A DNA stretch of 56,490 nucleotides, counting the filler, from Squatina squatina (lineage: Eukaryota), in the NCBI GenBank assembly GCA_031763465.1. It is 3 parts of 3 records of this genome, joined end to end, with 100 filler letters (N's around TTAATTAATTAA, not from the genome) between each part and the next. Parts side by side here need not be neighbours in the genome. Positions count along the whole stretch, not along the records: positions 15,898 to 40,943 come from JARFOE010000176.1; positions 41,044 to 56,490 come from JARFOE010000192.1; 1 more part is not named here. One strand, written 5' to 3'. Below are positions 36,026-48,879 of this stretch, piece by piece. The notes beneath the pieces are model-generated. The model made no database searches, was not told where the DNA came from, and saw nothing but the letters and a program-made list of their open reading frames with translations. The position numbers and the translations under genes are program-made. Positions within the stretch are counted from its first letter, which is position 1; each line of letters opens with the position of its first letter.

Positions 36026-37751
36026 AAGGGAACAATTGAAGCTGTAGAATCTCATTCCTGCAGGCAGTAAGTTGTTCCTAAAGGTTTTTTTGAAAAAAAA
36101 TCTTACTTTTCCTTTCTGTTTTGTTTTTCTCTCTCTTAATCCAATCTTTCTTTGTTTCTCTTTCTGTACCCTGTTTTGACTCTAATTCACCCTATTTCTT
36201 TCTTCATTGTTTCTCTGTTTATTTCACTCTTCTTAAATCTTATTGGTTAAGGAAATAGACTGTTGGTCCCGGTGTTCCCAGACGCTTCGTTGCCCATGGT
36301 GCCATTACTAGCTCACACTGCATTTAATTTGTGGTGCAAAATTTTTTTCAAGCTGAAAGGTGTGGAAAAAGATCTAACAAACGAGGCACATTGCAAGGTG
36401 CCCCGCTCCAGCAAAATCTGGGCCAATGTTTAAATTGTAGTCAAATGCCTCAAGATGCATTCAATAATTTATTTACCTTATTCATGACTGATTGGAAATG
36501 TTCAGTGCGTGTTGAATAATCATATCTACTTTTTACTTTTCCACCTTTGCTTAAGGACATCCCATTGTCATACGTCCAGTTGATATGCATTCACCACATT
36601 AGAATCCATCTGCCATCCTAAGTTCATCCGTTTAATTGGTCCTTTGAATGCTATCTGTCTTTTTATGTTTGTCACCTGGCCACATGGCTTACAGTTATTA
36701 GGAAGTCCCATAATATTACAACATCAGTCTCTTCCATTTTCCTTACGAAGCGTGTGAACAGCAGAGATATGGTGATGTATGGTACGAGCCCCACGGGAGC
36801 TCCTGCTTTACTTCATCCAGTGGCAAGGACAACATTTGGGTTATAAAAAAAAATCACTTACTTATTGGTGCTAACCTGACACAATTAAACTGCAAATTTA
36901 AATTAATAGCAGGCAAGTCTTCAACTAGAGAAATGAGCAGCAGACAGCAAATTGATCAGCTGAAGCGATACATTCTCAAAATTGTGTGCCCTCTGCCAAA
37001 CTAAGGGAAATAGACGACTGCATTTAGTTTCAAATCTGCCAGTCATTTACTCTAAATATTGTCATNNNNNNNNNNNNNNNNNNNNNNNNNNNNNNNNNNN
37101 NNNNNNNNNNNNNNNNNNNNNNNNNNNNNNNNNNNNNNNNNNNNNNNNNNNNNNNNNNNNNNNNNCTCATCTGCTGTTTAAATAGTTAAACTATCCATCT
37201 TCTGCAATCCTTGATTTTATATTGAATAATGTTCAGTAAAATAGAATCAACAGAATATTATAGAAGTAGCAGCACCAGTAATAATATTATCACTCAGTGA
37301 GTTATGACATCTCACAGTTATGTGATAAACCCAGTAGTGAACTTCTACTGATGTGATACCTTATACCTATGTTTAGATTTCACGTGTATAATATTGGCAA
37401 TTTTCCTGTAACTTCGTATGGGGAAAAAAAACAGTAATATTGCAGAATGCAGCTCATAAATCTAACATACCTTTAGGTCTAACATCAAAATTCCAATATA
37501 TCTTTAAGTCCTATGCCATAAAATCAATACCACTCTTTGTCCTGTGTCACCTACTTTCATCTTCAATGGGAAGAGAAATATGGAACTAAAATTGTCAAAC
37601 ATAACACAGCCATCTATAACTAATGGATATTTCTCAGTGAATTTAAGACTCCTATCCAATTTCAGGGTTTCAAAATGAAATAATATTGAAGACTTGCCTT
37701 CACTAATTTAGATCATGACATCAACTGAATTACTTTATTCGATGAATGCCG

Positions 37752-37992
37752 CATAAGAGCATAAGAAATAAGAGCAGGAGTAGGTCATTTGACCCCTCGA
37801 GCCTGCTCCACCATTCAATGAAATCATGGCTGATCTCATTTTGGACTCAGCTCCACTTTCCAGTCCATTCCCCATAACCCTTGACTCCCCTGTAGTTTAA
37901 AAGTCTGTATATCTCAGCCTTGAATATTTTCAATGACTCAGTCGCCACAGCTGTCTGAGATAAATCTGGGGTAAAGAATTCCAAAGTTTCAC
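37752..37992 (-). mobile_element. CR1 3' portion
   Basis: cataagagcataagaaataagagcaggagtaggtcatt...; minus strand VKLWNSLP. Confidence 0.85.
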
Positions 37993-38092
37993 NNNNNNNN
38001 NNNNNNNNNNNNNNNNNNNNNNNNNNNNNNNNNNNNNNNNNNNNNNNNNNNNNNNNNNNNNNNNNNNNNNNNNNNNNNNNNNNNNNNNNNNN

Positions 38093-38190
38093 TACTGAGT
38101 TGAAAGATCAGCCATGATTGTGTTGAATGGCGGTGCAGGCTCGAAGGGCTGTATGGCCTACTCCTGCACCTATTTTTCTATGTTTCTGTG
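38093..38190 (+). mobile_element. CR1 3' tail
   Basis: gatcagccatgattgtgttgaatggcggtgcaggctcgaagggctgtatggcctactcctgcacctatttttctatgtttct. Confidence 0.85.
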
Positions 38191-38982
38191 TTTCTCTGCC
38201 TCAGGTTAAGATGTTACAACAGGTGTTCTTTATCTGGAATATTTATTCAAATTTCTTCTGGCAGCTATTTCATTCCACAATCTCTTCATGAATCTGAAAA
38301 CTTAGGACAACACATGCTAGTGTTTATGAATGGGGTTAGGAAAATCAAGTATTCTTCTGAGTCTCAAAACAAGCATAACATTTTAAATTCTCTGTCGGCA
38401 AACATGTAGATTGAAAAGTTAAAAAATATGCTGTGACATAAAGCTTTTGGTCTATTAAGCCCTTTGCTTATAGATACTACGTACCATTTGCTTTATCAGG
38501 AACCTGTCAAATCTCCTGAGGGAGATGACTAACCACAGGTAAAAATTTTAAGATATTGAGGCTTTGTGAAATATTCTCCAGACTCCCTGTGGTGATCTAG
38601 CAAACTCAAAAATGTCAATCTAGCATAGCAGGCTATTTTCTTACAATCCACAGTTGATATTTCGCTGATCCCAACAGCACTGAAACTTGGTTGACGTATT
38701 GGTGAATTAATACTTGTTATTGCAATTTTAGGGCAGTTTTCTGCTATTGTACTGAGATGGCCCAAACAAATTTTACTTACGATCTTTTACAGCTTTTGGA
38801 GTGAGGGCTGAGTTTAAACCTAGATCTCAAAGTTAAAAGAATGCAGTGTTCTCATACAAAAACAACTTGCTGCTAAATGGACNNNNNNNNNNNNNNNNNN
38901 NNNNNNNNNNNNNNNNNNNNNNNNNNNNNNNNNNNNNNNNNNNNNNNNNNNNNNNNNNNNNNNNNNNNNNNNNNNNNNNNNN

Positions 38983-39715
38983 TCCTTCAACAGCCTAGGA
39001 TGCATGCCATCAGGGCTCAGTGACTTATGAACTTCAAGCTGTTATATTTTTCAGAACCAATTCATTTTTTCTAGCTATCTTCAACAATTATTCCATAATT
39101 TCCTCTAGTATGTCAATATTTTCACTTCCACTATCATTTATAGAACCATTTATGAAAAATATTCATTTAATACCTTCATCCACGTTCAGCCTTTCCCCTT
39201 TATCCTTGAGCAGTCCTACTCATTTTAACCATTCTTTTGCTATTAATATGCTTATAAAAGTCCTTACTACTTCCTTTTATATTATCTGCTAGCCTTCGCT
39301 CATATTCCCTTTTAGCCATTCAAATCTTGCTTTTCACCTCCCACTGCACTACATTCCTCATAGTTTGCTTCAGTACTTACCCCTAATTTTATTATATACC
39401 TTGCTTTGTAGTTTCAGTTTGGTTTAACACCTCGATTTATCCACAGAGCTCAATTTTTTGATGTACCTCCTTTTCATCTTATAGAAATATAAATTATTTT
39501 CTATCCATCTCATATTTAAAGATTTCCTGATGATTGGTTGTCCTGATTGCTAACTTTTCTACCCAGTTAATTTGAATCAGATCGCTTCTTATCGCACTAA
39601 AGTTTGCCTTTTCCCAGTCCAGCACCCTTATCTTTGACTTTTCATTATCCTTTCTTATTCTCACATTGAACCCAACTATTTTATTGTCACAGTTTTGCAA
39701 TTGTTTTCCTACTTT
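38983..39715 (-). mobile_element. Old degenerate CR1 ORF2 (endonuclease-to-RT linker)
   Basis: Patches KSKIRVLDWEKANFSAIRSDLIQINWVEKL and MHPRLLK. Confidence 0.6.
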
Positions 39716-40799
39716 CACAGCAGTTTTTTGCCCCGATCAATTTCCCAGAACAAAACCAATGATTCTTTCATTGTTGGTTTAAAAAATCCAGGACTAGAAA
39801 TATAACCATTTTTCATGCTTTTTCATTGCTCGTCTGTGTTGTGCATTTATCTTTTTTTTGCCATCAAGCATTGTTTGCACAGAATGTAATCTCCAAAAGG
39901 CAAATTCCTTTTGCAGTGTGATTTTTAATGTGACATTTGCGAAAGGTCACTAAATATTTCTTTTGTTGTTAAACCTTTTTCATTTCTGTTTTGTGAACTC
40001 ATTCTCAGACTTACCATGGAAACTTGTTAAACAGTGTACTACAATTGGCTTTGCTTTGTCACTGACAGTAAATGTATTTTATCTTTATTTTTTGCTGATT
40101 AGTATTATTTGAGGCGTCCATGATCTTGACTGGTAAATGTCAGGTTAGATCCATTTTACCAAATTATTTGAAATATTTTCACTTCAGTCATTTTTCAGGC
40201 TGTGGTCAGGCTGCTCCAATATTTGAAGAAAGAAAATTCAATTTTATATTCGTCTGTTGAATATTATCAACCTTTGTGTCAGCACTTTCTTTTTGAGTAA
40301 GATGTGTTTTGAAGGGCATATGTATATGTTTGCCCCACAGCCTTTCTATGATGAGTGAGATGACGTGCCTGTGAATTATTGTGTGGAAACAATGCACATA
40401 AATGAAGATCAGTATATTTATGTCAGCAAATCAATAAGTGCTAAGAAATATTAAATAGGTCAAATTGAATTTATTTCACAGAAGCTTGAACTCAATGCTT
40501 TTGAATAAGGCACTGATTAGATTTACAGCTGCGGTTATTCAAAGTTGTTGGATTTTCTCCACAGGTAGAACTAAGGTGACCTCATCAAAGATTTTCTTGG
40601 CACAGTAGCATCTTCTTCTATAAAGACATTCAAGTTTGCTCAAGAGAAAGTTGGTTTCAAAGAGCCTTTGGAGCATTTCCAGATGCTGGAATCTAGAATA
40701 TAAACAAAAAATGCTGGAAGAGGTTTTTATCTATGTGCGCTAACTATGAAGCTGTGAAGGCACCAGAGCCTTATGTAATCATGTACCTGTATTCCCATT

Positions 40800-40943
40800 C
40801 CTCTTTTCAGATCCCTCCATGGTCTCTCCCCTTCCTACCTCTGTAACCTCCTTCAACCTGCCGAGATCTCTGCGCTCCTCAAATTCTGGTCTGTTGCACA
40901 TCCCTGATTTTCATTGCTCCACCATTGGCGGCTGTGCCTTCAG
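40800..40943 (+). mobile_element. L2 3' fragment
   Basis: atccctccatggtctctccccttcctacctctgtaacctcc...accattggcggctgtgccttcag; homologous to about 7690-7840. Confidence 0.8.
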
Positions 40944-41043
40944 NNNNNNNNNNNNNNNNNNNNNNNNNNNNNNNNNNNNNNNNNNNNTTAATTAATTAAN
41001 NNNNNNNNNNNNNNNNNNNNNNNNNNNNNNNNNNNNNNNNNNN
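40944..41043. other. Artificial contig-join linker N44-TTAATTAATTAA-N44
   Basis: Identical to 15798-15897. Confidence 0.95.
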
Positions 41044-43086
41044 ACGCTATTAATTACCCGCCTTATTTTTCTGTGGCATGTTTAATGGACAATTAATGTG
41101 AAAATCCAGAAACTTCATGAAAATCACAGGGAGGCGAGATGGCGCAAATTGGCCAGCCACTTGTGGCGATTCACAATTCACGGGGTATCTCTTCCTCACC
41201 ACAAGTTGCCGCCAATTTGCAAATAAATAACAGCATGTGTCATTCACACTCCGTTATTTATTCAGCAAATTCTGACCGAATATATCAGAAATCTGCTCAT
41301 TAGGCTCCCCCTCCTCACACTACCGTGAGGTGTAGCAATTCACAGCCAAAATAACAGCAAAATAACTTATTCTCTGGGACAGCCTCTCTACTGTTCTGCA
41401 ATATCTCCCAAAAACTAGGCGATATTCAGGAATTCACTGCAGAGCTATTCGTGGCCTCAAGTCCAAGCAATATGGCTGCTGATGCATTTGGAGGAGTGGT
41501 AGCTTTGTGGTATATAGATGCTGAGTTCCAAATGCTAGCTTTGTTATAATANNNNNNNNNNNNNNNNNNNNNNNNNNNNNNNNNNNNNNNNNNNNNNNNN
41601 NNNNNNNNNNNNNNNNNNNNNNNNNNNNNNNNNNNNNNNNNNNNNNNNNNNGGGAATAATTTCTTGCTGATTCTTAAACTCCTTGCTGGAAAAGCGCTGG
41701 TTTAGTGCTTCCACATAGTAACATGGCTACGACTGGGAACTCCGTGGAGTCAGAAGGGAAATCAACCAGTGGCGCACTTCTTCTTGGTGGAGTTTCTTGA
41801 TCCACCAATGTGCTGAGCCACTACGTCACTCACCTAGATTGAATTATCAGATATGTGTCAGTGACGGGGTTAAGACTTGTCCCTATTATGCCTTGTATTT
41901 GAGTTCTCACTATTACCTCCTGAAAGGTATAAATTACAGCGAAACTATCCAAAAAAAAGATTCCAAGAAATGAGTAAGTACATGAGAATTCAGATTTTAG
42001 ATTCCATCATCTCAGCAACTAAGTGTGACTGCAGAGTTTATTATTGCTCGAGTCAGTTGCCTATACAACAGCAATTTACAAGACATCTGGTTCGCAGTGA
42101 AAAGCATCCCGCTAGTCTGCATGCTTCAAAGCACATTATATACACAGGGAATTAAAATATTTTAACTGTGAGGTTAAATAAAACGGAGGGTTTTACAAAA
42201 CCAACAAAGACAAGAAGAAAATGATTTAAACATGCACAATTGACTCAAAGAGCTGACAGTGAATGTAGATCACTTAAGCTTGCTGGTGTGAAAATTCTTG
42301 AATGGCTTGTTACACATGAATGATTATAGAAGCGTTTTAAAGAATGCAAGCTGATCTGATCTGAATTAATCACATTTCATTACTGCTTCAAAAAAGAATT
42401 GGGCCGGGAGGACACTTTTAGCTTGAAAGTTATTGAAACAATTCATCACTGCTCTCACACCTAGAAACTGAACAGAGCACCCAGAAGTTAATTATTGTAC
42501 GATTGTATGAACATGCTTGACTGCATTTTTCAACACCTTACATTTACCCAAGACATTGCTTGGAGATGTCACAATTAGAAGAGATTGGTGTGTGACCAAG
42601 GACTATAAAGCATCCACTTTTCAGCCATTTGAAAAACATATATGTTGTGGTCCCTAAGCTTTGATTCTTCCCAATCTGCAGAAGTAGGCAGAAATTGGTT
42701 CAAACCCATTTTGGGCCACAGGTTGGGTGTCGAACTTGGAGTGCATGCTCAAGCATGTCAATGCAACTAAGGCCCCAAAATTGGTCCTCCTGATTAATTT
42801 AAGTAGCATATAAGGCTACCAGTGCTACTCATGCTGTTCATTGACAGCTCGCCTAATGGTCACGTCAATATTGCGTATTACTGATGCTATTTAAAGGCAG
42901 CATNNNNNNNNNNNNNNNNNNNNNNNNNNNNNNNNNNNNNNNNNNNNNNNNNNNNNNNNNNNNNNNNNNNNNNNNNNNNNNNNNNNNNNNNNNNNNNNNN
43001 NNNGTTACTACATTTCTAACGGCTGTATTTTAATCCGAGCAATAAAACACTCAGTTATTGTTAATAAGCTATTGCTCAGTACTTAC

Positions 43087-43260
43087 GGCAGGATGCCCAG
43101 GGCAGTAGCTGTAACTGGCATGAGACTGATAGTGAACGTTAGCCCTGGGGTAGGTGTAACTGTTCCAGGCAGACTGGTTGTTGCTCCACTGTGGAGTAAA
43201 GCCAGGGCTCATGGTGACCCTTGCCTTACTGTTCTGGTATGTTCTCACTGCAGGGCCTGG
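43087..43260 (-). CDS. Putative internal coding exon, product unknown (174 nt, phase 0/0)
   Basis: Acceptor aattttatttaccctcacag, consensus donor gtaagt, only one frame open: PGPAVRTYQNSKARVTMSPGFTPQWSNNQSAWNSYTYPRANVHYQSHASYSYCPGHPA. Confidence 0.75.
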
Positions 43261-44569
43261 CTGTGAGGGTAAATAAAATTACAGCTGTAAGTAACATTTG
43301 GTGCAGCAGATGTAAAATATGATTTACTACCCTTTGTGGTCAAATGTTCTATAACCAGTATCACAAGTTAACAATTTTAATTCAAGAACAGTTTTATTAA
43401 GTTAATGTTTCTTAGCACTGTATTTTGTAATCATTCATTGAAAGAAACTTTTTTTTATAATTCTCAACATTTTCTCATGGTGGAAATACAGCAATGGGAA
43501 GCCCATGTATGCTGCACCCTGGTAGGAGATAAATACAGTGCTGAAAGGTGTCTCAGTATTCCGGTAAAACACCACTTATATAACTTCACACTCCTTGAGC
43601 TCAGCCTCATGAATCTGAACGCAACTCCAGAATCATACCTGAACTCTCAATTCTCCAGCTGTGAAGTCCATTACTGTTGTCTTGGAACAACTGTACCAGG
43701 TTACGTTACTAGAGCCTTCCACAAGTTTTAACATCTGCTATGAGCTTGAGTTTTGTTCAGCCAAATGTCAGCACATGTATGTTTTTTCCCCGAAGTGGTC
43801 CTGCATCATTTTTCACCTGACAAAAGCAGAAAAGGTGAGATACTGCCAGGTTTCNNNNNNNNNNNNNNNNNNNNNNNNNNNNNNNNNNNNNNNNNNNNNN
43901 NNNNNNNNNNNNNNNNNNNNNNNNNNNNNNNNNNNNNNNNNNNNNNNNNNNNNNTGATAGATCTACCTGTATACAACCACGGGATCGCTGATTGAGAGCA
44001 AAAGAGATACCCTGATCTGTCTGGTGGTGTTGCCCAATAAAGATGTGGAAAATTGTTGCAGTTCGCCATTGGCTGCATGATCTTGCAACACAAAAGGAGG
44101 CTTAAACTAGAATTTTATGAGGAATGTACATGTTGCTTGGGAAAAGAGGAAGAGAAACTTCAATGGTTCACTTCAGGGGCTGGTGTCCTGGTTCTGGTCG
44201 GAGACATCAACAACCAGCTGATGGAAATCAATTTCATTGAAGTCATGGGATTCTCTGAGAATACTGCTTTATATGACATAGTTAGTCATGATGCTCAATA
44301 GTCGGTGACGCATTCATCTTGAGTCTCATGGAATAACCACAAACACATAAACATTAATACAGTGTCCAGGTAACCGATATAAAAGAGCAAGCACTTCTCA
44401 CTTCTCATCTAGTGTGCATGAAGTATAATTTTAGGTTTGTGAACTTACAAATAACTAAAGCTAGTATGAGAAATTAAGTGCCAAATGTGTTTTTTAAATG
44501 TATAACGTGTGTTTGGCCTTTGCACTTAGTTGCTTTTCTCCTCATAACCCTCGAATGTCTCTAAATGCC

Positions 44570-44875
44570 TATAAAATTCCAATTCTGTCCCCTTGAGCAT
44601 CCCTGATTTGAATTGCTCCACCATTGGTGGCCGTGCCTTCAGCTACCTGGGCCCTAAGCTCTAGAACTTCCTGCCTAAACCTCTCCGCCTCTCTACCTCT
44701 CTTTCCTCCTTTAAGACGCTCCTTAAAACCGATCTCTTTGACCAAGCTTTTGGTCACCTGTCCTAATATCTCTTTATATGACTCGGTCTCAAAGTTTGCT
44801 TTATAGCACTCCTGTGAAGCACCTTGGGATGTTTTACTACTTTAAAGGTGCTATATAAATACAAGTTGTTATTGT
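44570..44875 (+). mobile_element. L2 3' portion
   Basis: ccattggtggccgtgccttcagctacctgggccctaagctctagaac...aaaggtgctatataaatacaagttgtt. Confidence 0.88.
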
Positions 44876-45939
44876 CATGGCTGTGGTCGTAGCAGATGTT
44901 GATTTTAGGATCTTGAGTAATGGGGGCAGTGGCTCCAACTGACACCTTAACGTCAGAGAGATCATTTGAACCATGTGCATAGAGAAACCAACATCTGCCT
45001 TGTATGTTTCTCTTAACAAAAAATGCTTCTATTGAAATGCACGAGAGAAGATTTAAGGGTTTCACTAATCTTTATTTATAAATTATGGCTAACACTTAAC
45101 AGATATACCTGCCTTTTGAATAATCACAAAATATTGTGTGGTGTTCTTTTCTTTTGTAAGAAATTCAATTTGGAAGATTGATTCCACAACCCTCAAATAC
45201 TATATTATTGGGCAAACAAGGGATTTATCATAATATGCAAGTGAAGTTCCTATTTTACAGTTGGAAGCAAGCATTTTTGCACAGTGTGGCAGGCATAAAA
45301 TTGAAATCTACAGCACACTATCTTTACAAAATATATATCACTTTATTGGGCAGAGATTAGACACTCCATAGGATATACGCCATGTGGAAAACTTTAAAAA
45401 TATGGTCTAGATTTTCCACAGGAATTACACCAACTTCCTTGCGTGCCCCGTCCGCTTCTGGCGTTTTCTACTGGAAGTGATTGGGGTGTATAATACATCC
45501 ACCCAGCTATGGGCAGCTACATTATAATTATACATGAATTATAATTATATGGGAATATAGCATACAATGTTTATCCTGTCATTAGCATTGCCTGAGCAAT
45601 GCTGGCAAAAGGGGTGCCTTTGTATCGCTGACGTCCCTGCGATGCTATGGACAGTGGAGGGGGGGGATTTAAATTTTAAATCTCCCAAAGAGAAATTAAT
45701 GGATTAATTAAATGAACTGGACCCCAGAAATTCAGCCAAGGTCAGGGACACTTCCTTGCAGTAGGCGGAAGACCTACCCTGGAGCACTTCCTCCAGTGTA
45801 ATGACTGAGTGGAAGATATGGGCTCAAACACAGAAACGGNNNNNNNNNNNNNNNNNNNNNNNNNNNNNNNNNNNNNNNNNNNNNNNNNNNNNNNNNNNNN
45901 NNNNNNNNNNNNNNNNNNNNNNNNNNNNNNNNNNNNNNN

Positions 45940-46227
45940 ATATATTTCAGTGGGGGGCATTTGGGAAAGAGTGATCATAATATCATGAGGTTTGAATATT
46001 TATGGAAAAGGACAAGGAACAATTAAATATAAAAAAAAATACTTGACTGGAAATAAGTGAGTTGAAAAGGGATCTGGTCCAGGTGGATTAAAATCAAATA
46101 TTAGTAGACAAAACTGTAATTAAACAATGGAGGCCTTCAAAGAAGAGATGGTTCGGGTACAGAATAGACACATTCCCACCAGGGGGGAAGGAAGGCATCC
46201 AACTAGAGCTCCCTGGATGACTAAGGA
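45940..46227 (+). mobile_element. CR1 ORF2 fragment (end of the endonuclease domain)
   Basis: Encodes SVGGHLGKSDHNIMRF and, after frameshifts, PWMTKD. Confidence 0.75.
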
Positions 46228-46230
46228 TTT

Positions 46231-46825
46231 GGGGTCGAAATTGAGTTATTTTTTTCACCCCGTTAGCACCTCCGACGGGTGGTAATGGAACAAAAAAGTG
46301 AAATTGGTTGTGCCAGGGTGGCGATCTCAACTGCCACGAAATTCAACAGGGAGTCTCAGAGGCGTCGGGGCTGCTGAATTTAGGTGCGCCTGCGAGTGGA
46401 ATTCACCTGCGGGACGCAAGGCCGGCAGTCGTCGGTGGCAATGATTGAAGCTGTCATTGCCATGGCCTCTTAAAGGGGAGGGCCATTAGTGCCGGCTGCC
46501 ATCATTTTTCTGTGTCGGCCAACTCTTTGGTCGGCTGACTGATGCTGGCCCTTGCCCTGACTGGGTCGCCATCTGCTTGCCTGGCACGCCGACTGGCTGG
46601 TGGCCCAGTGGCGGCCATCAATGCACTGCTTTTTTGGCCGGCCGCCCTCCCCTTTAATTGAAAGCGTCAGCATTGCATGTGCGCCCTGGAAATGAGGCGG
46701 ACAACGCTCTGCCTCATTTCCGCCACGGTAGGCCCAATACCGCTGTGGGGTGCAAGGTCCAGGGCTGGCGCAAAAAACCCTGTCCCGGATCCCTAACGTC
46801 CCTGACGCTGGGGAATTTCAACCCT
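46231..46825. mobile_element. Complete Harbinger-type MITE (595 bp), related to 25891-26608
   Basis: TIRs GGGGTCGAAATT / AATTTCAACCCT; ttt on both flanks; subterminal ccgttagcacctcc is similar to the 25891 element. Confidence 0.8.
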
Positions 46826-47003
46826 TTTGTACCTAAGTTGCCCTTTTCCCCATAAAATTCACAATTAGAAGCACATATTTCAGCCTGAAGCTGCATATAG
46901 TTGAGAGAGAATACTGACCTGTTTTCCTCACAGGAAAATTACAAAACCTTACTGACACCTACGTTTTTTTTTGTTAATGCTGGCTTTGCTCCAGTTCACG
47001 CCA

Positions 47004-47017
47004 GTCTCCATGGCAAC
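47004..47017. promoter_or_regulatory. RFX X-box motif (candidate)
   Basis: GTCTCCATGGCAAC is a near-perfect X-box palindrome in non-repetitive sequence. Confidence 0.35.
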
Positions 47018-48049
47018 CCTCTTTGTGGATACAATAACAGAAATCTGAGGCAGCTGCCTGCCGGCAAAGCAATGTAATAGTTTCGCTGCCAGAACTCTGA
47101 CCAGAGCTAATCCTAGCACTCGCACTGCATTCCAGACAAGGTGCACGCAGCTATTGGATGTGGATGTAGAATGAGACTAGTCACTAAAACATCTGGAGCC
47201 TATCTTGGACAAGGCCATGGCACCACAGGGACCAAAAAATTTGCATGTTTGTCAGACAGACGCAAGGTACCTCCGATTACGTCAGTCTATAGTAATCTGT
47301 CTTCCTACAATTGAACACTTGTACACTAAGCCAGGCGAGAGGTTTCACTATGATAAATAGTCTGTTGTTTTATTCCTTTGAATTTGATGCAGAAGATCAT
47401 GGTCGGATGGAAGCGTCATATATTGATAGTAATAGCAGAAGTGAAAGGAAACTAAGCAGGTTTTGAAGGTTGTAGGTTGACTTCTATTTAACTCTTTAGT
47501 TCCAGTGGAGTTGTATAAAATGGTAAAAGTATGTACTGACAGCTCACTAATGTAAATAGTTTTGCCCTGCGGTTCTGTGCAAGGCAAATATTGTAGTACA
47601 AATTGGATGTTTTCACAGAACTGCCACACTGGATGAACTCGGCATTCAAGATCTTCAATCTCAGTCACAGACTGAAGACATCATTTCATGCCAAAGCATA
47701 AACATGGTTTAAAGTGCCAATTTATGTTGATTACTCAGCTCAGAGGGTTGGCCTGTCTGTGCTTTAATCAAAGTTTGCTAACCTGTTACTGCTGTGGCAA
47801 CTATTTCCAATCCCGACAATTTGAATAACCGGTCAACTTGGCTATATTTTACCGTTGAAATTTCACATTTAGAAATGTCAATCAGCTTTGATACAATGAA
47901 CAATATCTCCCTGACTGATCGACAATCAGGGTTGAGGTCTGTGTAGAGGTCAGGGTAGAATTCTGAGTATGTTCTTAAGAGTTTCCTTCACCTTTAATAC
48001 CATACTCACTGAAAGTAAATTTTGAGAAGTAGCTGACGCATTGGTCAGG

Positions 48050-48697
48050 ATATTAATTTGGAGGCGGGTCAGGGGATGGGGCGCTGGAAAAGGGTCAGGA
48101 AAACCAGGAGAACAAATTAGCATTTGGAATCACTGTTTCTCACCCGCAGCCCACCACATGGAAAGACTGGCTGGCCTGCGCCACTAGGCCGCAGAGAGGA
48201 TGGGTCAGGGGCGTATCGGAGGTCAAAAGGTGATTGGGGGCCAGAGGGGGGAGATCGGAAGGTGTTCGGGGTCTGGAAGGGGGAAGGTCGGAGGGTCAGA
48301 ATGTGATCTGATGCCGGGGGCTGAGGATCGAAGGCCGGAGGGGACATCAGAGATCAGAAGCCTCGAGGGTGTGGGGAGGAGGTTACGCGGGGGAGATCGG
48401 AAGGGACGGGGAATGTCCAATTATGGGAGGGTTGCTGAGGCAGGAACGTTGGATCCAGCAGTCCTCTCCTCCCTTTAGCTGGCAGGTTCCCCGAGGCCTG
48501 GGAAACCCGCCCGCCCACATTTACATTTAAAATGGTGGATCACCAGGAAGCACACAACTTCATTATAGTATTTAAAGTGCCAACCCGCCTCCTGTGAGCA
48601 TGTTGGCTGCCCGCCCCCTGTCCTGCCTGTTAAAACCAGAAGTGGGTGGGTTGGGGTCAGGATTCAGATTTTTAACTCTTAACCTTCCACCCGACCC
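48050..48697. mobile_element. Non-autonomous DNA element, second family, G-rich core
   Basis: Repeated gatcgg/gggg units; 48480-48697 is an inverted homologue of 52060-52330. Confidence 0.6.
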
Positions 48698-48797
48698 NNN
48701 NNNNNNNNNNNNNNNNNNNNNNNNNNNNNNNNNNNNNNNNNNNNNNNNNNNNNNNNNNNNNNNNNNNNNNNNNNNNNNNNNNNNNNNNNNNNNNNNN

Positions 48798-48875
48798 TAC
48801 TCGTTACATCCTCAAAAAATTCCAGTAGATTTGTCAAGCATGATTTCCCTTTCGTAAATCCATGTTGACTTTGTA
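48798..48875 (-). mobile_element. CR1 RT fragment
   Basis: QSQHGFTKGKSCLTNLLEFFEDVTS. Confidence 0.85.
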
Positions 48876-48879
48876 TTAC

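Noticed and set aside
37752-38190. Oppositely oriented CR1 tails suggesting a fold-back element
   Set aside because: They are separated by a 100-N gap; most simply two copies brought together by scaffolding.
40015-40061. Minus-strand peptide DKAKPIVVHC resembling a PTP or rhodanese active-site strand
   Set aside because: Not followed by the C-x5-R loop, weak acceptor and too short.
40199-40296. 98-nt plus-strand exon-like ORF AVVRLLQYLKKENSILYSSVEYYQPLCQHFLF
   Set aside because: Splice sites are plausible, but it is AT-rich, unrecognised and isolated.
43967-44081. Minus-strand exon candidate upstream of the 174-nt exon
   Set aside because: All three frames are open, the donor (gtagat) is weak and a gap separates it; the frame cannot be determined.
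45661-45686. Near-palindrome ggggggatttaaattttaaatctccc
   Set aside because: Short and low-complexity, with no supporting context.
47393-47712. Two plus-strand exon-like pieces joining as EDHGRMEASY...TATLDELGIQ...
   Set aside because: The donor gttttg is very weak and the peptide is unrecognised.
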